Counted from the first letter of the stretch, positions 30,633-42,158 are shown. The stretch is DNA of 64,000 nt from Candidatus Cloacimonadales bacterium (GCA_963662275.1 OY759316.1:448001-512000), one strand, 5' to 3'. Numbers and translations: made by a program. The notes: generated from the sequence alone by a model not told the origin.

Positions 30633-32789
30633 CTACCTGCGTGAAAACTGGAAAACATCATAATCAAATCCGAGTGATAAGTAATAATTTACAGCGCTGT
30701 CTTCATTATAACCGACACCTAAACGAAGAGGACCAACTGCGCTCTTATAACCAATGATTATACCTCCACCCAATGTGAAATTTTTAAAAGGAGTCCAAAT
30801 ATCTGAGTTGGCATAGTTAAGACCAGCAATCTGTTCATCGATAAATAAATCATGGCATGCTTTCACCCTAACTGTGAAGGTATTGATTTTATAGAAGGGA
30901 GCACTCTTTTCAGAGCGTTGATATCCAATAAAGCTATCCAGACCACCAAAATAGAAGGGGTCAAATTGAACTACATCCATCTCTTTGAAATAGGAACCAT
31001 ATTCAAATCGATATAAAACTGAAACTGATTTTATGATAGGAATACCCAACCGGATAGTCGTTTTAAATTTCTTATATGTTGCATCACTCCAAACGCCTTT
31101 TTCTGCGACGGAAAATTTAGCTAAAAATTGTGATCCCTTCATCGGAAAGAGATAATCATCCAAGGATTCATGATACAGTTTCACACCTAATCCGGAAGAT
31201 GTAAATTTCTTATTATTGACTTCCTCAGTAGAGATATCCCTGTAAAGACGCATGTTATATGAGAAGCCATATCCTTCAAGGATCAATATCTTTTTTGCAA
31301 AGATACCTACTCCTGTTGTAGAGCCATATTCCAGAGACCGGACACTGCCGGTCTTTTCATGCTGGTCGTTATATAAATAGAGTTTGTTTTCTTCTATATA
31401 GGGAAAAACTCGTAAGTAACCTCCCCAATATTGTCCGAAGTTTTTAGCATAATCTACACTAAATGAATGCTTCCCACCAATTTTCATTTCTGCAAGGAGT
31501 TTAGAGTTCTTCTGTGTCAAGTTAGTAAGACTGAATACTACTCCAGCTATCAGTTTGTCATCCTGGTTATAAGTAAGATTTAAAGCAACAGTCTTTCGAG
31601 CTTTTTCTTGCACTTTGATATCTATTATATATCCATAACTTGTTTTCAAGATGACTGGATAAATCGTATCAAAAAGCTCGAAATTATAGGCATCCCTGAT
31701 GTGTTTAACAATTTCTTCCTTGGTATAGGCTTCATCTTTTTTCAGTCCTGAATATTCTCTCACTTTATTAGCACCAAGATATTCATTTCCGCTTACCGCA
31801 ATACGTGAAAATCTGAGCGTATCAGGAACAACTGTCAGAGGTTTATGTGAGAAGGGTTCTTTCTTTCTTATAGCAGCAAGTTGTCTTAAATCATCTATAT
31901 GGAGACGAGCTTCTTGCTCACCGCGATCAATGATATCCTTAATTTTAGTAAAATCCGATGAACTGTAAGGATCAAGATCTGGTTCTATCAGGATACCACA
32001 ATTATCTATGGCTTCATTAACCTTGGAAGTAATTCCTATATTGATTGTCTGATCAAGTACCTGGATAATATCCGTGAGATTTTTCTTACTTCTCAGCTTG
32101 GAATTGACTTTCAATCCAACTATATGATTCACATTTAAATCCGCCAGGATATCAGCAGGCATATTCTGGCTGATTCCACCATCAATGTAAAGCTGACCAT
32201 CCAATTCATAAGGATGAAAAATACTGGGAATTGACATTGAGGCTCTAATTGCTTCATTGAGTGGACCTGAGGAGAATACTTTTTCCTTGCCTGTGACAAG
32301 ATTCGTTGCTACACATCTGAATGGAATAGGAAGATCATCATAATTATTGATGTTTAAAGCTGGATAGAACAGTTTAAACAGTAATTCTTCAATCCGTTCC
32401 CCGGGAATGAATCCAGAAGGTAGATTAGGTATAAATCCATTATTAATGGTGAATGAATAATTACCGTAAGGTGCCCAGCGTTTCTGGCTAACAGATAGAT
32501 CAGCACGTGAAATTGAATCATCAAATAATTGATCCCAATCAACATGAACGCAGAGACTCTCAATCTCGGTCGCTGAATATCCCATCGCATAAAGTGCACC
32601 AACAATAGCACCGATACTTGTTCCAGAGATAGCATCTATGGGAAGACCAACTTCATCGATCACTTTCAGCATCCCGATATGTGCAAATCCCCTTGCACCA
32701 CCACCGCTTAGGGCGAGTCCAATTCGCTCAACTGCTCCTAAAGAACTTAGGTAGAGTAAAATCAAGACAAGAATAATGACTTTATTCAC
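30633..32789 (-). CDS. Patatin-like phospholipase with POTRA and Omp85-like barrel (PlpD/type Vd architecture)
   Basis: LSGGGARG, GTSIG, DGG; POTRA-like segment; C-terminal GP.RL...Y.SLGFD. Confidence 0.82.
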   Translation of the reverse strand: MNKVIILVLILLYLSSLGAVERIGLALSGGGARGFAHIGMLKVIDEVGLPIDAISGTSIGAIVGALYAMGYSATEIESLCVHVDWDQLFDDSISRADLSVSQKRWAPYGNYSFTINNGFIPNLPSGFIPGERIEELLFKLFYPALNINNYDDLPIPFRCVATNLVTGKEKVFSSGPLNEAIRASMSIPSIFHPYELDGQLYIDGGISQNMPADILADLNVNHIVGLKVNSKLRSKKNLTDIIQVLDQTINIGITSKVNEAIDNCGILIEPDLDPYSSSDFTKIKDIIDRGEQEARLHIDDLRQLAAIRKKEPFSHKPLTVVPDTLRFSRIAVSGNEYLGANKVREYSGLKKDEAYTKEEIVKHIRDAYNFELFDTIYPVILKTSYGYIIDIKVQEKARKTVALNLTYNQDDKLIAGVVFSLTNLTQKNSKLLAEMKIGGKHSFSVDYAKNFGQYWGGYLRVFPYIEENKLYLYNDQHEKTGSVRSLEYGSTTGVGIFAKKILILEGYGFSYNMRLYRDISTEEVNNKKFTSSGLGVKLYHESLDDYLFPMKGSQFLAKFSVAEKGVWSDATYKKFKTTIRLGIPIIKSVSVLYRFEYGSYFKEMDVVQFDPFYFGGLDSFIGYQRSEKSAPFYKINTFTVRVKACHDLFIDEQIAGLNYANSDIWTPFKNFTLGGGIIIGYKSAVGPLRLGVGYNEDSAVNYYLSLGFDYDVFQFSRR

Positions 32790-32818
32790 AATACCTACTT
32801 CCTTGAAGAAGAAAACGA

Positions 32819-33382
32819 CTATCGTTTATCTTCTGTAGGGGGTTCATTGGTTGGCGTTTGAACCTTGAAATTTATTTCTCCAAATACTGCATTTGCTTCA
32901 ATTCGCATGACTTTAAGCGAATCATTATCTGATTTGATCTTATAAGTATCCTGCCCAAAAAAGCTGATATCACGGGTAGGAAGATGAACTTGTCCAAAAA
33001 CGGTATTCACATCAATTTCCGTGGGAATATTCTCATTCAAAAGAACAGTACCTGAACCGAAGATAACATTGATCTCTCTTTTTTTAAATTGGTCTAATGC
33101 ATCTCCCTTTGTCAAATCGATTAAACCAGAACCAAACACAATATTAAAATCTCGGTTCATGCTTGAGCTTTCCCAGTGCCTGTCATCGAAAATAGTCGCA
33201 GAACGAATCTTAGCTCCAGACACTCCCATAATGATCTTGATACCAATGAGAATAATGATCAATCCAAAAAAGATTCGTAAGAGCGGTAAATTAATATTGA
33301 ATGCTCGCAGTATGATGCCGAGTCCTATTAATAAGATGATCATACCCCAAAAAAAGGAACCAAATACAAAATGCATCTTCAT
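32819..33382 (-). CDS. LiaF-like membrane protein
   Basis: N-terminal TM pair and repeated (I/V)VFG beta motifs. Confidence 0.65.
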   Translation of the reverse strand: MKMHFVFGSFFWGMIILLIGLGIILRAFNINLPLLRIFFGLIIILIGIKIIMGVSGAKIRSATIFDDRHWESSSMNRDFNIVFGSGLIDLTKGDALDQFKKREINVIFGSGTVLLNENIPTEIDVNTVFGQVHLPTRDISFFGQDTYKIKSDNDSLKVMRIEANAVFGEINFKVQTPTNEPPTEDKR

Positions 33383-33446
33383 TTCCTCTCCTGAATATTT
33401 GTTAGTGTGTGATCCCAGTTAACTCAAATAACCGGGTATTAACATA

Positions 33447-35657
33447 TTATAATGGAAGACCTTTCTCCCAGAGCTGTTTCATTTCTTCTACAGGAAGAAA
33501 TATATTGCTGTCAACAATTAGATTTGAAGTAATGACTTTACCAATAATTAAATATGGATATTCTAGTTCTTTAATCATGGTTTCAACCTTCTTTATATTC
33601 ACAGGATTTATTGATATGACAATCCTGCCGTGGGATTCGCCAAAATACTCGAGATCAGGACGATACACCGGATTCAATATGATTTCAGCACCCAGTATCG
33701 TACCATCAGCTTTCAGGCATGACTCAGCGATAGAAATAACAAGTCCTCCATCTGAACAGTCATGTGCAGATTGTAAAAGTCCTTCATGATTGAGAGATAT
33801 CACTAATTCATGTAACCTTTTTTCCTGTTCCAAATCAACAAAGGGCGGAAAACCAGCCACCATACCATGAATCGTTTTTAAATATTCTGAACCACCTACC
33901 TGATCATTTCTATTTCCCAAAAGAATGATCATATCACCCTCTTCCTTGAATTCCTGGGTTAGGATATGATCAATGTCTAAAATTAATCCCAACATTCCAA
34001 TCGTTGGTGTAGGGTAGATAGCTCCTTTTGGATTTTCGTTATAAAAAGATACATTCCCTCCAGTTACAGGCGTATTAAAAGCTCTACATGCATCTGACAT
34101 TCCTCTTATCGCTTCTGAGAATGTCCAGTATACTTCCGGCTTGTAAGGATTTCCAAAGTTAAGACAATTCGTGATTGCCAATGGTTTGGCACCACTACAT
34201 ACTACATTTCTTGCCGATTCAGCTACAGCTCCCTTCGTTCCTTCATAGGGATCAAGATAACAATGACGTCCATTACAATCCGTTGACATTGCTAATGCTT
34301 TACGAGTACCACTGACATGAACTACAGCAGCATCAGAACCAGGCTCAACCATTGTATTCACTTGCACCATGTGATCATATTGCCGGAAGATCGGACGTTT
34401 ACTTGCTAAATTGGCAGATGAAATTAATTGTTTTATAACAAGATTATAGTCCGCTGGTTCCGGAACATCCTGTACATTCAATTGGTTCACTATCTTTAAA
34501 TAGGAAGGCTTCTGCATCTCTCTCTGATATACGGGAGCATCACCACCCAGGACAAGCATTCTTGCCGGTAGTTCAGCTTTCATAATATCATTTTCCATGA
34601 TTCTCAGCATGCCATCATTCGTTACCTTTCCGATAACTACCGCTGATAAATCCCACTTATGAAAGATGGCTTCCAGAGCCTTGAATTTCTCTGGTTCAAC
34701 AATAATGAGCATCCTCTCCTGTGATTCAGAAAGCATGATTTCATAACTGCTCATGCCAGTTTCTCGTTTGGGGACTAGAGCTACATCAAGTTCAATTCCA
34801 ACTTCTGTCTTTCCAGCCATTTCGCTGCTGGAACAGGTAAGACCGGCTGCACCCATATCTTGGATTGCCACTACCAATCCCTGCTGTATGACTTCTAATG
34901 TAGCTTCCAATAGGAGCTTTTCCATAAAAGGATCACCCACTTGAACAGCGGTTCGCCTTTCTTCCGATTCCTCTGTTAACTCAACGGATGCAAATGTAGC
35001 TCCATGAATACCATCGCGTCCTGTTTTTGCACCAACGTAAACAACACTGTTACCTATTCCCTGTGCCGCTGACTTGGCAAGATGTCCTTGTTTAAGAATA
35101 CCCACAGCCATGGCGTTAACTAAGGGATTACCTTCATAACTATCTTCAAAATATACTTCACCACCAATAGTTGGTACACCGAAACAGTTACCGTAATCAG
35201 CAATACCATTCACAACTTCCCGAATCAGGTGTTTTACCTGCGGATCATTAGGATTACCAAAACGCAATGAATCCAAAACAGCGACTGGTCTTGCACCCAT
35301 TGTGAAGATATCCCTTAGAATGCCTCCAACACCAGTTGCTGCCCCATGATACGGTTCAACGGCAGAAGGATGGTTATGGCTTTCGATTTTAAATGAGACT
35401 GCCAATCCATCACCGATATCAACGACCCCTGCATTTTCTTCCCCTGCTTTTACTAAGATAGCAGACCCATCTTTGGGAAGGGTTTTTAGAAGACGAATTG
35501 AATTCTTATAACTTGCATGTTCTGACCACATGACAGAGATAATACCAAGTTCAGTAAATGTTGGCACACGTTTGATGGTGTTCAGTATTTTTGTATATTC
35601 TTCTGAATTGATACCATGTTCCCTGATCAATTCTTCGGTGATTGTGGGTTCTTGCAT
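33447..35657 (-). CDS. purL: Phosphoribosylformylglycinamidine synthase subunit PurL
   Basis: [42 protein letters not shown]. Confidence 0.97.
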   Translation of the reverse strand: MQEPTITEELIREHGINSEEYTKILNTIKRVPTFTELGIISVMWSEHASYKNSIRLLKTLPKDGSAILVKAGEENAGVVDIGDGLAVSFKIESHNHPSAVEPYHGAATGVGGILRDIFTMGARPVAVLDSLRFGNPNDPQVKHLIREVVNGIADYGNCFGVPTIGGEVYFEDSYEGNPLVNAMAVGILKQGHLAKSAAQGIGNSVVYVGAKTGRDGIHGATFASVELTEESEERRTAVQVGDPFMEKLLLEATLEVIQQGLVVAIQDMGAAGLTCSSSEMAGKTEVGIELDVALVPKRETGMSSYEIMLSESQERMLIIVEPEKFKALEAIFHKWDLSAVVIGKVTNDGMLRIMENDIMKAELPARMLVLGGDAPVYQREMQKPSYLKIVNQLNVQDVPEPADYNLVIKQLISSANLASKRPIFRQYDHMVQVNTMVEPGSDAAVVHVSGTRKALAMSTDCNGRHCYLDPYEGTKGAVAESARNVVCSGAKPLAITNCLNFGNPYKPEVYWTFSEAIRGMSDACRAFNTPVTGGNVSFYNENPKGAIYPTPTIGMLGLILDIDHILTQEFKEEGDMIILLGNRNDQVGGSEYLKTIHGMVAGFPPFVDLEQEKRLHELVISLNHEGLLQSAHDCSDGGLVISIAESCLKADGTILGAEIILNPVYRPDLEYFGESHGRIVISINPVNIKKVETMIKELEYPYLIIGKVITSNLIVDSNIFLPVEEMKQLWEKGLPL

Positions 35658-35667
35658 TGCCAGCCCT

Positions 35668-36747
35668 TTATTTCTGATCTATTTCAGTCAGCATTTTAAT
35701 GAGTACGTTAATCCTGTCACTGATGATATCATAAGTGATTCTGTAATCTTCAATTTCTTTTTGATAAGGATCATCAATATTACCTTCAAAGCCAGTAAAT
35801 TCATTGAGTGAAAAAATCTTATAAGCGTATTGCGGATAGAGATTGCGCAAAAATGTCTTCTGTTGTATTTCCATGGTTAGGATCAGCCAACTTGAACTGA
35901 GCTGGTCTATATCCAGTAGATGAGAAAAATGCTGGCTGGCATTGATCTGATTTTCCATAAGAACTTGAAGAGAGTTCCTGGAGATAGGAACTCCACTATT
36001 AATCATACCTGCTGAAGAGGTTCTATAGGGCATTCCTGTTCTTTCAAAAATCATTCTTGCCAAGTATTCTGCCATGGGGCTGCGGCAGATATTACCAGTA
36101 CAGGTAAATAGAATCTGGGGGTGCTGAAAAGATGCTTTTATCTCATAGTAGTGTACTGAACCTTCCCGATGACATTTCAACTGATTATTTTGGAACTCAA
36201 TGACGGTTGAAGGTTCATCTTCCGTGATAATTTCACGCTTTGAAGGTAGAAAACCAAGATCAAACCAGCCAGATACTTTTTTCCGAATTTCATTGATATC
36301 AGACATAAATGGCATACCGGCTTTATTTACACTTGTAGAGACTATTGGCTCTCCAATTGAATAGATGAGTTCCTGCAGCATAGGTTGATAAGGAACTCTT
36401 ATCGCCACCTTTCCATTTTCGGTCAGATAAGTTATCCTTTCATCTTCACAGGGGATAATAAATGTCACATTTCCAGGCCAATATTGTTCGATAAGTTTGG
36501 TTTCTTCATTTGTTCTCTTGATATTCAGTTTATCCAGCCATGTGATATCCGGAATCAGGATGATATATCCCTTACTAGAAGGTCTTTGTTTCAGCTTGTC
36601 AATCTTTTCTATACTTTCTTTATGAAATGCTGAACAACCGATGCCGAACAAATTTCCAGTATAATGCAGAAATATGGCGTCTGCAAACCATCTTTTTTTT
36701 AGCAGACCAGGTATTTCTTCGGGGGTTAAATTTTGAAATAGCTTCAA
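35668..36747 (-). CDS. TsaC/Sua5 (YrdC) domain fused to a low-molecular-weight protein phosphatase
   Basis: K.R, WPG, VAIRVP, STSVN of YrdC; C-terminal CTGNICRS P-loop and DDPY. Confidence 0.85.
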   Translation of the reverse strand: MKLFQNLTPEEIPGLLKKRWFADAIFLHYTGNLFGIGCSAFHKESIEKIDKLKQRPSSKGYIILIPDITWLDKLNIKRTNEETKLIEQYWPGNVTFIIPCEDERITYLTENGKVAIRVPYQPMLQELIYSIGEPIVSTSVNKAGMPFMSDINEIRKKVSGWFDLGFLPSKREIITEDEPSTVIEFQNNQLKCHREGSVHYYEIKASFQHPQILFTCTGNICRSPMAEYLARMIFERTGMPYRTSSAGMINSGVPISRNSLQVLMENQINASQHFSHLLDIDQLSSSWLILTMEIQQKTFLRNLYPQYAYKIFSLNEFTGFEGNIDDPYQKEIEDYRITYDIISDRINVLIKMLTEIDQK

Positions 36748-36762
36748 CGCATCCCCTTTCTT

Positions 36763-37896
36763 TTATTGTAAATAGACCAAAGGATTAACGGGTTTACCGT
36801 TTTTTCTAAGCTCAAAATGCACAGATGGTTCTTTTGCTGAACCTGTTTTACCGGATAGGGCAATGGCTTGCCCTTTCTTAACTTGTTGACCCTTACTAAC
36901 ACTTAGGGAACTGTTGTAGGCATAAAGTGAATAAAAACCATTTTTATGATCAATAATAACGAGCTTCCCCTGTCCTCCAAACCGATCTGCAAATACAACT
37001 TCTCCATTATCGACCGATCCAACTGTGGATCCTTCAGGAACGGCAATATCAATGCCATTGCTGATAATACTTGTATCATACAATGCATTCTTTTCTTCCC
37101 CAAAATTCCGGATGATATTTCCTCTCACAGGCCAAGGTAGTCGATTCGAGCTAAACTTATATGTTTTCGGTTCATTACCGGCTTCAATATCCAGCTTTGA
37201 AATCAATCGCTCCAGTTCCCTGGCATCCTGGCGCAACTGATCTATTTTCTTCAAATACTGAGTTTTTTCTTTTTCCAGACGACCAACTTCTTTCTGGAGA
37301 TTTTTCATCTGAGCCATATACTGAATGCTTTTCTTCGTCTCTTTGATCTTAGATGAATGAATTTGAGTAAAGACTGCCTGCTTTTCCTGTTTTACTTCCA
37401 GAAGCTCATTGCGTTGCGTAGTCTTTTGATGTATTGATTTGACTGTCGCACTTGCCAACAGGGAAAGAAACATTTTATCAGTTGTCTTTGAAGATGAATA
37501 TCTATCCTGGTAATCCAGGTAGAATAATTTGATGAATTCTTCACTGCAAACACGCTGTAAAGATTCCAGTTCAGTCTCTGCAAATTGAAGTTCACGAGTA
37601 GATTGCACTAATGTTTTCTTGGCTTGATTCTCAACTACAGCTAACTGCTTCACTGTTTTATCAATGACCTGCTTCTGGTTTTTTACATCGGTCACTTTCT
37701 TGGAATTCAGTTTCTGCTTATCTTCAGCTTTCCTAATTGCCTCTTGATTTTTTTGTATTTGATTTTCAATCTCTTCCAGTTGACGCTTTTTGTCATCCAA
37801 ATCCAAGGCATAGAATGACTTGGATATTGACCATAAGAGAAGTATATAAAGAATCATTCGACATATAGAACGGAAAGACAAAGTGAAACTCCTCAT
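36763..37896 (-). CDS. envC: EnvC-like murein hydrolase activator (coiled coil + degenerate M23)
   Basis: Long coiled coil; LPWPV.G, NGIDI, IIDH, HFELR. Confidence 0.8.
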   Translation of the reverse strand: MRSFTLSFRSICRMILYILLLWSISKSFYALDLDDKKRQLEEIENQIQKNQEAIRKAEDKQKLNSKKVTDVKNQKQVIDKTVKQLAVVENQAKKTLVQSTRELQFAETELESLQRVCSEEFIKLFYLDYQDRYSSSKTTDKMFLSLLASATVKSIHQKTTQRNELLEVKQEKQAVFTQIHSSKIKETKKSIQYMAQMKNLQKEVGRLEKEKTQYLKKIDQLRQDARELERLISKLDIEAGNEPKTYKFSSNRLPWPVRGNIIRNFGEEKNALYDTSIISNGIDIAVPEGSTVGSVDNGEVVFADRFGGQGKLVIIDHKNGFYSLYAYNSSLSVSKGQQVKKGQAIALSGKTGSAKEPSVHFELRKNGKPVNPLVYLQ

Positions 37897-38023
37897 CAGG
37901 AGAACCTGAAATTTACCCGTAAATGGTTATTAACAACTATGATCTTAGTGAGTCATCCTTTGCAGAAGTAAGGATCTTCTGCTCTGCATCCAACCTGGCA
38001 CCTAGCCCCTTCTGCATTTGATT

Positions 38024-38476
38024 TTACATTTCCTTCAAGACGACTTCATCATAAAGCTGTTCAAAATAGAGCTTGTGCTGTTTTTCTTCTTGGGAAAGAC
38101 GTTGAAATAGCTTCTCCAATTCTGAATCCTGGAAACGTAATGCCATTTCTGAATATAATTTCAGAGAGTTCTCCTCACGCTTCATCGCCGTGATCAGGAT
38201 ACCTTGGTAATCAAGATTTTCCAGTCCTGGCTCAGCACTGATAAACTCGCTGATATGCAGGTCTTTCACATCCTGGAGATCAACTTTACTAATTCCCTTG
38301 TGTCGTAACCCTTCAATCATTTTGATATGACCCTGTTCCATTGTCTCCAGTTCTTTAAGCATTTGAATCATACCTTCAAATTTGGCTTTCTTCTGTAAAT
38401 CCTGGTAGAACTTCACTGCTTCTTTCTCACGATCAGAGGCAAAAGTAAGGATTTCATTAAATTGCTCTTGTGTCAT
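38024..38476 (-). CDS. Rubrerythrin/ferritin-like di-iron protein
   Basis: Two E..A..FY / E..H helix pairs (REKEAVKFY, EQGH, REENS..LY, EEKQH). Confidence 0.8.
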   Translation of the reverse strand: MTQEQFNEILTFASDREKEAVKFYQDLQKKAKFEGMIQMLKELETMEQGHIKMIEGLRHKGISKVDLQDVKDLHISEFISAEPGLENLDYQGILITAMKREENSLKLYSEMALRFQDSELEKLFQRLSQEEKQHKLYFEQLYDEVVLKEM

Positions 38477-38557
38477 TTTTACTCCTTATCGCTATTTATC
38501 TTTGTTTCATAGATTGAAAATGAGGGAATTTTGGGCAAGAAATTTCTCTGATTACTA

Positions 38558-38626
38558 TAACTCCACCTTAAGAAAGTTGGTAACTCCGCCATTAGAAAGT
38601 TGTTAGCTCCGCCTTGAGACGGTTGA
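38558..38626. repeat. Three 23-bp tandem repeats
   Basis: taactccaccttaagaaagttgg / taactccgccattagaaagttgt / tagctccgccttgagacggttga. Confidence 0.75.
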
Positions 38627-38676
38627 AAATTGGAGCGCTGATTTCTTATCGGCGGATATGTCGCATTCTTTGCGAC

Positions 38677-38910
38677 CAAGTCTGGAACGCCTCACCCCGT
38701 GAGGTGGCAAAACGCACCCCGTGCGTTTCAATCTTTAGTAAATCACTCAGTTCTTTTCTCATCTACGAACTCTAAATCACCAGTCAATTCATCAAGATCT
38801 TTCAAAAAAATAAATCTAACGTATTGTTCACTTGCAGCAGTGGTACTCATCAGTCTCACAGCGCACGGGGTGCGCTGTGCCACCTCACGGGGTGAGGCGT
38901 TCCAAACTTG
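38677..38910. repeat. REPIN/MITE-like element with 52-bp GC-rich terminal inverted repeats
   Basis: 38677-38728 vs reverse complement of 38859-38910: 47/52 identical; each arm holds two CCC-loop hairpins. Confidence 0.88.
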
Positions 38911-41900
38911 CTTCCAACTTCCTCATATATCTCATCTATCTTCACCTGCACTTCCATGGTTTTATGTAAAGCGGTAATAACCTTCTCATAATGGATGATC
39001 TCATCTGTGGAAAGGATTCTATGCTTCCTGTCTTTCAGCCATTTCTCAGCCACATGGTAACCACCGATATGATATTCCCAAATCTCAGGACTAACAGGTT
39101 CGAAGTACTGCGTTGCATTGATATAAACTCGACTCTCTTTATAAACAACCTTATCTACGGTATTAGAACCGGATATTGGGTAAGTAGCAATTGTCTGATC
39201 TAATGAAGCATCTTTCAATAAATGCAGATTTGAAAGCTTCTCACCTAATTTGGATAACTGCATAAATACTTGATATGAATCTACGAAAGGTATACGAGGG
39301 AAATCCAGTCTAAGAAATTCAGAGTATTTGGTTCTATAAATTGTTGAATGCAAGATAGATACACAATAGTAGAAAATATCCTCTGGGTTAATATCCTTCC
39401 CGTATTTCGTTTTGAGACTATTTAAGAATGCTACAGGGATATTGGAATTGTCACTTGGATCTAAATCAGAAATGAAAGAACCTTCTTCTGCCTTATGGAA
39501 ATAAAGAGGAAAAATGTAGCTATACCCCTTATTGCTTAACGTTGTACGACTGTCAGCTATGTTCTCAGTGACAATTATGTGGTTAAAAATACCTTCTGCA
39601 ACCTGCCTAACAGTGAGAATAGCTAAATTCGGTTTTAGCATATGTTGCATTACTTCATTTCTTGGAGTACAATGAAAACCACGAGATTTGCCTGTGTAAT
39701 AAGTAAAGCGAATATCGAAAGGTCTGTATAATACAGGGACTATCTTTTTCCTGTCTAATCCCGATGATTTCAAATCCTTTTGAGCAAATTCAACTTTCCA
39801 GTCCCTAGTATCTTCTCCTAAATCATACGCTATTCTTGCTTGTTCTATTGGCATATTCGCAAATTGAAGAACAGTATTCCAAGCCTGTTCAGGTGTAAAT
39901 TGCATTGTGAGATGATCCCGAGCAGTTACTATGCCAACACCATTTACGTCGAAAATATCTGTAACACTCGGATATTTCATATATTCAGAATACAAGACCT
40001 GGTTCGTCTCTTGAAGCAGATAGAAAGGTGTAACAGGTACGATGTCAGTCCAAGTAGTTGAATTGATATTATTCTTCTCCAGATAGTCATATTTTGATTC
40101 ACGCAAACCAAACAGATCAGCATGCTTGATTGTTTTAGCCTTCAGAGGCTTTGGATATTTGATAAGAAAACAAATCGCTACTCCTTGCTGTATATCAAAG
40201 ACATTTTCATCTTTACTGCCATCAGGGCTTTTCTCTTTTTTCTTACTGTTTCCATGCAGATCAAGGAAAAACATTTCATCAAAGCTCTTCATCAGTGATT
40301 GTCTCATTCCTCTAAAAGTGGGGTTATCCAAATAAGCATGATTCGTAATGAAGCCAACAACACCCTGACCACTCTGATCTATTTTCCATTGAGCAAAACG
40401 AATGAATTTTACATAATCGTCCTGCAAGCCTTTTGAGTTAGTTTCTTTCAAAGGTTTACCATCTATCTGAAAATATGCTTGGATTTCAGTTTCAGTCCAA
40501 TCCGTAACATTATCTGATTGCCCGGAATACGGTGGATTTCCCAAAACAACTAATATTGGTAATTGCTCTTTTACCTCCAAAGCTAAATCAGATTCCTCTG
40601 CAATGGATTGCATGATATTACGCATATCCGACTTTATTTCTTTTGTATCAAGCGTATTAGTCAGATAATACTTGAATCTCTCATCTTCCTGCATTTCGTA
40701 ATCATGTTCTTTCAGAATAAAAGCCATCTTCAAATGACCCATGGCATAGGGAGCCATCATCAGTTCAAATCCGTGAAAATGAGGAAGGATATGCTCCTTC
40801 ATCAACCCTTTGACAAGCCCTTTGCCAAATGCCTTTTCCTGTTCTTCACATGCGACCTCAATAGCTTTCGATAAAAAACCAAGTGTCCCACCGGCAGGAT
40901 CTAACAAAGTAACTTGTTTATCTGCCAATCCTGTTTTCTTATTAAACTTTTCTTTTAAAATGAGATTCAATGATCTGACAATATAGGATACAACAGGTTC
41001 AGGAGTATAATAGACACCTTTCTGTTTTCTTTTATCAGGATCATAATGATAGAGGAAAGTCTCATAAAAATGAATAATAGGGTCTTTGCCTTTTCCCTGT
41101 TCATAGAATTTATCCAGAATCTTATTTACGTCAGTGACAGCCAATACTTCCGAAATATCATCAATAATGGATTCCAATTGCGGTGGTATCTTTGCCAGGG
41201 AGATAAAGCTGAAAATATCCTTTAACACACCTATCGTTTGAGGAATATAGGAATATGCTGAACGACGATCGAAATCTTTTGCCTTCGTTCTTGCTGCAAA
41301 AAGACCATATGCGACAGTTTGAGCATACAAATCACTGAATTCTTCTTTTTTCAGATTATGTAAAAGTAGTTGTTTGAAAGCATCATAAAAGCCATGAAGG
41401 GGTGAATCATCATTTGCCAGTTCTTCAATGACAATCTGATCTTTTAGGAACTTAGCACGATTTGCCAATTCAATTGCAAGCTGCTTGGAAGTGGTAATTT
41501 TGGGTAAGGAGAACGAGAAGTAGAATTTCATCAATTCAAGCCATTCTGCTTCATTCTTGACAATTGGTTTTATACTTTGCCAGGAATAGAAATCACCAAC
41601 TATCACTTGATTCACTCTTTTCCCGTTTCTATAAACCCTAAACTCTATGAAATTTGTGAGAATGAGATTAGGGAAGGTATCTAAGTATCGCTTTAGCTGT
41701 TCACTTCTTTCAATTACATTTAAATCAGTGCCCAATGTTTTTGACTCAATATACCCAAAATAATGCAGCTTTCCATCCCATACCCTGAAATCGGGATTAC
41801 CTGCCTCTGTTTTCTTGGGGAGAATTGTAATATCAAAGTGTTTAAGATGCAAATTATCAGCTACAGCTTTCATAAGATCTGCAAGTTCAGAGTAAAAGCT

Positions 41901-41963
41901 TTCTTCCCGAGCATCACCACGTATATAAATGGCATAGATATTATTGAAATATTCATTCAGCAT
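38856..41963 (-). CDS. Single-chain Type IIG/IIL-like restriction-modification enzyme (nuclease + N6-adenine MTase + Type ISP-like specificity domain)
   Basis: GNPDF...IESK PD-(D/E)XK; GVYYTP; LDPAGGT; GNPPY; C-terminal YRPFD, FPRIP, IGGY. Confidence 0.88.
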   Translation of the reverse strand: MLNEYFNNIYAIYIRGDAREESFYSELADLMKAVADNLHLKHFDITILPKKTEAGNPDFRVWDGKLHYFGYIESKTLGTDLNVIERSEQLKRYLDTFPNLILTNFIEFRVYRNGKRVNQVIVGDFYSWQSIKPIVKNEAEWLELMKFYFSFSLPKITTSKQLAIELANRAKFLKDQIVIEELANDDSPLHGFYDAFKQLLLHNLKKEEFSDLYAQTVAYGLFAARTKAKDFDRRSAYSYIPQTIGVLKDIFSFISLAKIPPQLESIIDDISEVLAVTDVNKILDKFYEQGKGKDPIIHFYETFLYHYDPDKRKQKGVYYTPEPVVSYIVRSLNLILKEKFNKKTGLADKQVTLLDPAGGTLGFLSKAIEVACEEQEKAFGKGLVKGLMKEHILPHFHGFELMMAPYAMGHLKMAFILKEHDYEMQEDERFKYYLTNTLDTKEIKSDMRNIMQSIAEESDLALEVKEQLPILVVLGNPPYSGQSDNVTDWTETEIQAYFQIDGKPLKETNSKGLQDDYVKFIRFAQWKIDQSGQGVVGFITNHAYLDNPTFRGMRQSLMKSFDEMFFLDLHGNSKKKEKSPDGSKDENVFDIQQGVAICFLIKYPKPLKAKTIKHADLFGLRESKYDYLEKNNINSTTWTDIVPVTPFYLLQETNQVLYSEYMKYPSVTDIFDVNGVGIVTARDHLTMQFTPEQAWNTVLQFANMPIEQARIAYDLGEDTRDWKVEFAQKDLKSSGLDRKKIVPVLYRPFDIRFTYYTGKSRGFHCTPRNEVMQHMLKPNLAILTVRQVAEGIFNHIIVTENIADSRTTLSNKGYSYIFPLYFHKAEEGSFISDLDPSDNSNIPVAFLNSLKTKYGKDINPEDIFYYCVSILHSTIYRTKYSEFLRLDFPRIPFVDSYQVFMQLSKLGEKLSNLHLLKDASLDQTIATYPISGSNTVDKVVYKESRVYINATQYFEPVSPEIWEYHIGGYHVAEKWLKDRKHRILSTDEIIHYEKVITALHKTMEVQVKIDEIYEEVGSKFGTPHPVRWHSAPRAL

Positions 41964-42158
41964 ATTGCACTCCTGAAACTGAAAAAGAAATTAACTCTTT
42001 ATGATGGCAAGGAAAATTTTTTAAAATGTGTGAATGACGAAGTATGAAATTCGAACCGGTAGCTATTCCTTTAGGTTTTGCACGGAGAGACTTCTTATGC
42101 GAAAAATACCTTGACTGAAAATTAGTGTATGAATTGAAATAAAAGAAAAGGAGTCGAT

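Noticed and set aside
38479..38977. Short ORFs 38479-38679 and 38699-38977
   Set aside because: They run through tandem and inverted repeats and have no RBS or protein motif
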